Of a stretch of DNA of 64,000 bases, positions 58,601 through 64,000 are shown one piece after another; positions within the stretch are counted from its first letter, which is position 1; every line of letters starts with the position of its first letter. The position numbers and the translations under genes were made by a program. The notes below the pieces were generated by a model, which saw only the letters and a list, made by a program, of their open reading frames with translations, did no database searches and had not been told where the DNA came from. Source of the DNA: Eledone cirrhosa (lineage: Eukaryota); the NCBI GenBank assembly GCA_964016885.1, contig OZ024740.1, positions 28,396,001-28,460,000 on the forward strand, given 5' to 3'.

Positions 58601-61600
58601 TGAGTATATGTGATTTTCATGACTATATGTGATTTTCCTGAGTATATGTGATTTTCCTGACTATATGTGATTTTCCTGACAATATGTGATTTTCCTGAGT
58701 ATGTGTGATTTCCCTGAGTATATGTCATTTTCATGAGTATACGTGATTTTCCTGAGTATATGTAATTTCTTTGAGTATATGTGATTTCCCTGACTATATG
58801 TGATGTTCCTGAGTATATGTGATCTTCCTGAGTATATGTGATTTTCCTGAGTATAGGCGCTTTTCCTGAGTATATGTGATTTTTCTGACTATATGTGATC
58901 TTCCTGAGTATATGTGATTTCCCTGAGTATATGTGATTTTCCTGAGTATATATGATTTTCCTGAGTATATGTTATTTTCCTGAGTATATGTGATTTCCCT
59001 GAATATATGTGATTTTCCAGAGTATATGTGATTTTTCTGTGTATATATAATTTTCCTGAGTATATGTGACTTTCCTGAGTATATGTGATTTCCCTGAGTA
59101 TATGTGATTTTCCTCAGTATATGCGATTTTCCTGACAATATTTGATTTTCCTGAGTATATGTGATTTTCCTGAGTATATGTGATTTTCCTGAGTATATGT
59201 GATTTTCTTGAGTATATGTGATTTTCATGAGTATATGTGATTTCCCTGAGTATATGTGATTTTCCTGACTATTTGTGATTTTCCTGACTATGTGATTTTC
59301 TTGACTATATGTGATTTTCCTGAGTATATGTGATTTTCCTGACTATATGTGATTTTCCTGAGTATATAAAATTTCCCTGAGTATATGTGATTTTCCTGAG
59401 TATATGTGATTTTCCTGACTATATGTGATTTTCCTGAGTATATGTGATTTCCCTGACTATATGTGATTTTCCTGAGTATATGTAATTTCCCTGAGTATAT
59501 GTGATTTTCCTGAGTATATGTGATCTCCTGACTATATGTGATTTTCCTGAGTATATGTGATTTCCCTGACTATATGTGATTTCCCTGAGTATATGTGATT
59601 TTCCTGAGTATATGTGATTTTCCGGAGTATATGTGATTTCCCTGACTATATGTGATTTTCATGATTATATGTGATCTTCCTGAGTATATGTTATTTTCCT
59701 GAGTATATGTGATTTCCCTGAGTATATGTGATTTTCCTGAGTATATGTGATTTTCATACTATATGTGATTTTCCTGAGTATATGTGATTTTCATGACTAT
59801 GTGATTTTCCTGAGAATATGTGATTTTCATGAGTATATGTGATTTTCCTGAGTATATGTGATCTTCTTGAGTATATGTGATTTTCTTGAGTATATGTGAT
59901 TTTCCTGCGTATATGTGATTTCCCTGAGTATATGTGATTTTCCTGACTATTTGTGATTTTCCTGACTATGTGATTTTCTTGACTATATGTGATTTTCCTG
60001 AGTATATGTGATTTTCCTGACTATATGTGATTTTCCTGAGTATATGTGATTTCCCTGACTATATGTGATTTCCCGGAGTATATGTGATTTTCATGAGTAT
60101 ATGTGATTTTCCTGAGTATATGTGATCTTCCTGAGTATATGTGATTTTCATGAGTATATGTGATTTTCCTGAGTATATGTGATCTTCCTGAGTATATGTG
60201 ATTTTCCTGAGTATATGTGATTTCCCTGAGTATATGTGATTTTCCTGAGTATATGTGATTTTCCTGACTATATGTGATTTTCCTGAGTATATGTGATTTT
60301 CCTGACTATATGTGATTTTCCTGAGTATATGTGATTTTCCTGACTATATGTGATTTTCCTGACAATATGTGATTTTCCTGAGTATGTGTGATTTCCCTGA
60401 GTATATGTGATTTTCATGAGTATATGTGATATTCCTGAGTATATGTGATTTTCCTGACTATATGTGATTTTCCTGAGTATATGTAATCTTCCTCAGTATA
60501 TAATTTTCCTGAGTATATGCGATTTTCCTGAGTATATGTGATTTTCCTGAGTATATGTGATTTATTTAAGTATATGTGATTTCCCTGACTATATGTGATT
60601 TTCCTGAGTATATGTGATTTTCCTGAGTATATGTGATTTTCCTGAGTATATGTGATTTTCCTGAGTATATGTGATTTTCTTGAGTATATGTGATTTTTCT
60701 GAGTATATGTGATTTCCCTGAGTATATGTGATTTTCCTGAGTATTTGTGATTTTCCTGAGTATATGTGATTTTCTTGACTATATGTGATTTTCCTGAGTA
60801 TATGAAATTTCCCTGAGTATATGTGATTTTCCTGAGTATATGTGATTTTCCTGACTATATGTGATTTTCCTGAGTATATGTGATTTCCCTGAGTATATGT
60901 GATTTTCCTGAGTATATGTTATTATCCTGAGTATTTAATTTTCCTGACTATTTGTGATTTTCCTGAATATATGTGATTTTCCTGAGTATATGTGATCTTC
61001 CTGAGTATATGTGATTTTCCTGAGTATATGCGATTTTCCTGAGTATATGTGATTTTCCTGACTATATGTGATTTTCCTGAGTATATGTGATTTTCCTGAG
61101 TATATGTGATTTTGCTGACTATATGTGATTTTCCTGAGTATATGTGATTTCCCTGAGTATATGTGATTTTCCTGAGTATATGTGATTTTCCTGACTATAT
61201 GTGATTTTCCTGAGTATATGTGATTTTCCTGACTATATGTGATTTTCCTGAGTATATGTGATCTTCCTGAGTATATGTGATCTTCCTGAGCATATGTGAT
61301 TTTCCTGAGTATGGGCGATTTTCCTGAGTATATGTGATTTTTCTGAGTATATGTGATTTTCCTGAGTATATGTGATTTCCCTGAATATATGTGATTTTCC
61401 TGAGTATATGTGATTTTTCTGTGTATATATGATTTTCATGAGTATATGTGATTTTCATGAGTATATGTGATTTCCCTGAGCATATGTGATTTTCCTCAGT
61501 ATATGTGATTTTCCTGACAATATGTGATTTTCCTGAGTATATGTGATCTTCCTGAGTATATGTGATTTTCCTGACTATATGTGATTTTCCTGAGTATATG

Positions 61601-64000
61601 TGATTTTCATGACTATATGTGATTTTCCTGAGTATATGTGATTTTCCTGACTATATGTGATTTTCCTGACAATATGTGATTTTCCTGAGTATGTGTGATT
61701 TCCCTGAGTATATGTCATTTTCATGAGTATACGTGATTTTCCTGAGTATATGTAATTTCTTTGAGTATATGTGATTTCCCTGACTATATGTGATGTTCCT
61801 GAGTATATGTGATCTTCCTGAGTATATGTGATTTTCCTGAGTATAGGCGATTTTCCTGAGTATATGTGATTTTTCTGACTATATGTGATCTTCCTGAGTA
61901 TATGTGATTTCCCTGAGTATATGTGATTTTCCTGAGTATATATGATTTTCCTGAGTATATGTTATTTTCCTGAGTATATGTGATTTCCCTGAATATATGT
62001 GATTTTCCAGAGTATATGTGATTTTTCTGTGTATATATAATTTTCCTGAGTATATGTGACTTTCCTGAGTATATGTGATTTCCCTGAGTATATGTGATTT
62101 TCCTCAGTATATGCGATTTTCCTGACAATATTTGATTTTCCTGAGTATATGTGATTTTCCTGAGTATATGTGATTTTCCTGAGTATATGTGATTTTCTTG
62201 AGTATATGTGATTTTCATGAGTATATGTGATTTCCCTGAGTATATGTGATTTTCCTGACTATTTGTGATTTTCCTGACTATGTGATTTTCTTGACTATAT
62301 GTGATTTTCCTGAGTATATGTGATTTTCCTGACTATATGTGATTTTCCTGAGTATATAAAATTTCCCTGAGTATATGTGATTTTCCTGAGTATATGTGAT
62401 TTTCCTGACTATATGTGATTTTCCTGAGTATATGTGATTTCCCTGACTATATGTGATTTTCCTGAGTATATGTAATTTCCCTGAGTATATGTGATTTTCC
62501 TGAGTATATGTGATCTCCTGACTATATGTGATTTTCCTGAGTATATGTGATTTCCCTGACTATATGTGATTTCCCTGAGTATATGTGATTTTCCTGAGTA
62601 TATGTGATTTTCCGGAGTATATGTGATTTCCCTGACTATATGTGATTTTCATGATTATATGTGATCTTCCTGAGTATATGTGATTTTCCTGAGTATATGT
62701 GATTTCCCTGAACATATGTGATTTTCCTGAGTATATGTGATCTTCCTGAGTATATGTGATTTTCCTGAGTATATGCGATTTTCCTGAGTATATGTGATTT
62801 TCCTGACTATATGTGATTTTCCTGAGTATATGTGATTTTCCTGAGTATATGTGATTTTGCTGACTATATGTGATTTTCCTGAGTATATGTGATTTCCCTG
62901 AGTATATGTGATTTTCCTGAGTATATGTGATTTTCCTGACTATATGTGATTTTCCTGAGTATATGTGATTTTCCTGACTATATGTGATTTTCCTGAGTAT
63001 ATGTGATCTTCCTGAGTATATGTGATCTTCCTGAGCATATGTGATTTTCCTGAGTATGGGCGATTTTCCTGAGTATATGTGATTTTTCTGAGTATATGTG
63101 ATTTTCCTGAGTATATGTGATTTCCCTGAATATATGTGATTTTCCTGAGTATATGTGATTTTTCTGTGTATATATGATTTTCATGAGTATATGTGATTTT
63201 CATGAGTATATGTGATTTCCCTGAGCATATGTGATTTTCCTCAGTATATGTGATTTTCCTGACAATATGTGATTTTCCTGAGTATATGTGATCTTCCTGA
63301 GTATATGTGATTTTCCTGACTATATGTGATTTTCCTGAGTATATGTGATTTTCATGACTATATGTGATTTTCCTGAGTATATGTGATTTTCCTGACTATA
63401 TGTGATTTTCCTGACAATATGTGATTTTCCTGAGTATGTGTGATTTCCCTGAGTATATGTCATTTTCATGAGTATACGTGATTTTCCTGAGTATATGTAA
63501 TTTCTTTGAGTATATGTGATTTCCCTGACTATATGTGATGTTCCTGAGTATATGTGATCTTCCTGAGTATATGTGATTTTCCTGAGTATAGGCGATTTTC
63601 CTGAGTATATGTGATTTTTCTGACTATATGTGATCTTCCTGAGTATATGTGATTTCCCTGAGTATATGTGATTTTCCTGAGTATATATGATTTTCCTGAG
63701 TATATGTTATTTTCCTGAGTATATGTGATTTCCCTGAATATATGTGATTTTCCAGAGTATATGTGATTTTTCTGTGTATATATAATTTTCCTGAGTATAT
63801 GTGACTTTCCTGAGTATATGTGATTTCCCTGAGTATATGTGATTTTCCTCAGTATATGTGATTTTCCTGACAATATTTGATTTTCCTGAGTATATGTGAT
63901 TTTCCTGAGTATATGTGATTTTCCTGAGTATATGTGATTTTCTTGAGTATATGTGATTTTCATGAGTATATGTGATTTCCCTGAGTATATGTGATTTTCC
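57650..64000. repeat. Terminal higher-order repeats at offsets 2,990 bp (158 monomers) and 1,745 bp (92 monomers): three copies of a shared core of about 1.3 kb
   Basis: ORFs at 58205/61195/62940 and 58794/61784/63529. 2990 = 158x19 - 12 and 1745 = 92x19 - 3, both matching the visible short monomers. The private GTTATTTTCC variant is at about 58971, 61961 and 63705. Confidence 0.88.

Larger units (their letters stand above)
1..64000. repeat. Tandem satellite array of a 19-bp monomer, consensus GTGATTTTCCTGAGTATAT, about 3,380 copies in one orientation, running off both window ends
   Basis: Directly visible throughout. Five perfect copies at 1637-1731. Common variants are CTGAC for CTGAG, GATTTCCC, GATCTTCC, TTCATGA and TTGCTGA, plus occasional 17- and 18-bp monomers. 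Copy number is estimated from a mean monomer length of about 18.95 bp (6160/325). Confidence 0.99.

Noticed and set aside
1110-63963. All minus-strand ORFs (61-163 aa) as protein-coding genes
   Set aside because: They are translations of the 19-bp repeat. Overlapping frames give the same peptide, starts and stops come from sporadic variants, 1-2 bp deletions break frames, and there is no unique flanking or regulatory sequence.
1-64000. CRISPR array
   Set aside because: Monomers abut directly with no unique spacers, and there is no leader or cas gene.
1-64000. Telomerase-synthesised telomeric repeat (T/G-skewed strand; length similar to long yeast telomere repeats)
   Set aside because: No G-run, abundant inherited variants, and kilobase-scale HORs indicate recombinational amplification rather than templated addition. 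No chromosome end is visible. A subtelomeric location is not excluded.
1-64000. Transcription-factor-like motifs in the monomer (TGTGA CRP half-site, TGASTA AP-1-like, AAATCAC Gfi1-like core, GGRAAATC Rel-like) or plasmid iterons
   Set aside because: These are short partial matches expected by chance. There is no paired palindromic CRP site, no rep gene, and copy number is far beyond iteron arrays. Nothing here supports binding.
1-64000. 9 x 19 = 171 bp, the alpha-satellite monomer length
   Set aside because: No 9-monomer periodicity of variants, CENP-B box or alpha-satellite similarity is visible. It is a numerical coincidence.
1-64000. Variant order as an encoded message, or a diversity-generating cassette system
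   Set aside because: The pattern is explained by point mutation plus nested duplication. No recombinase, reverse transcriptase or expression site is present in the window.

Overview
The whole 64 kb window is one uninterrupted head-to-tail tandem array (satellite or minisatellite DNA) of a 19-bp monomer. The consensus is GTGATTTTCCTGAGTATAT (reverse complement ATATACTCAGGAAAATCAC; 6/19 GC; + strand T9 G4 A4 C2), in about 3,380 copies. I saw no unique sequence, gene, RNA gene, transposon insertion, inversion or CRISPR spacer. All ORFs in the track are by-products of the repeat: the minus strand of the consensus has no stop codon and reads as the 19-aa cycle RKITYTQENHIYSGKSHIL. The real information is in the ordered pattern of variant monomers, which shows nested higher-order repeats (HORs) at offsets of 1,005, 1,745, 1,993, 2,027, 2,766, 2,990, 5,291, 6,160-6,198, about 7,700-8,100 and about 26.6-35.4 kb. 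For the offsets up to 7,763 bp I checked that each equals a whole number of monomers minus the short monomers visible in the interval. I do not recognise the satellite family. Organism and function (centromeric, pericentromeric, subtelomeric or eliminated DNA) cannot be determined from this window; a eukaryotic origin is only an inference. HOR boundaries were read by eye and are approximate.
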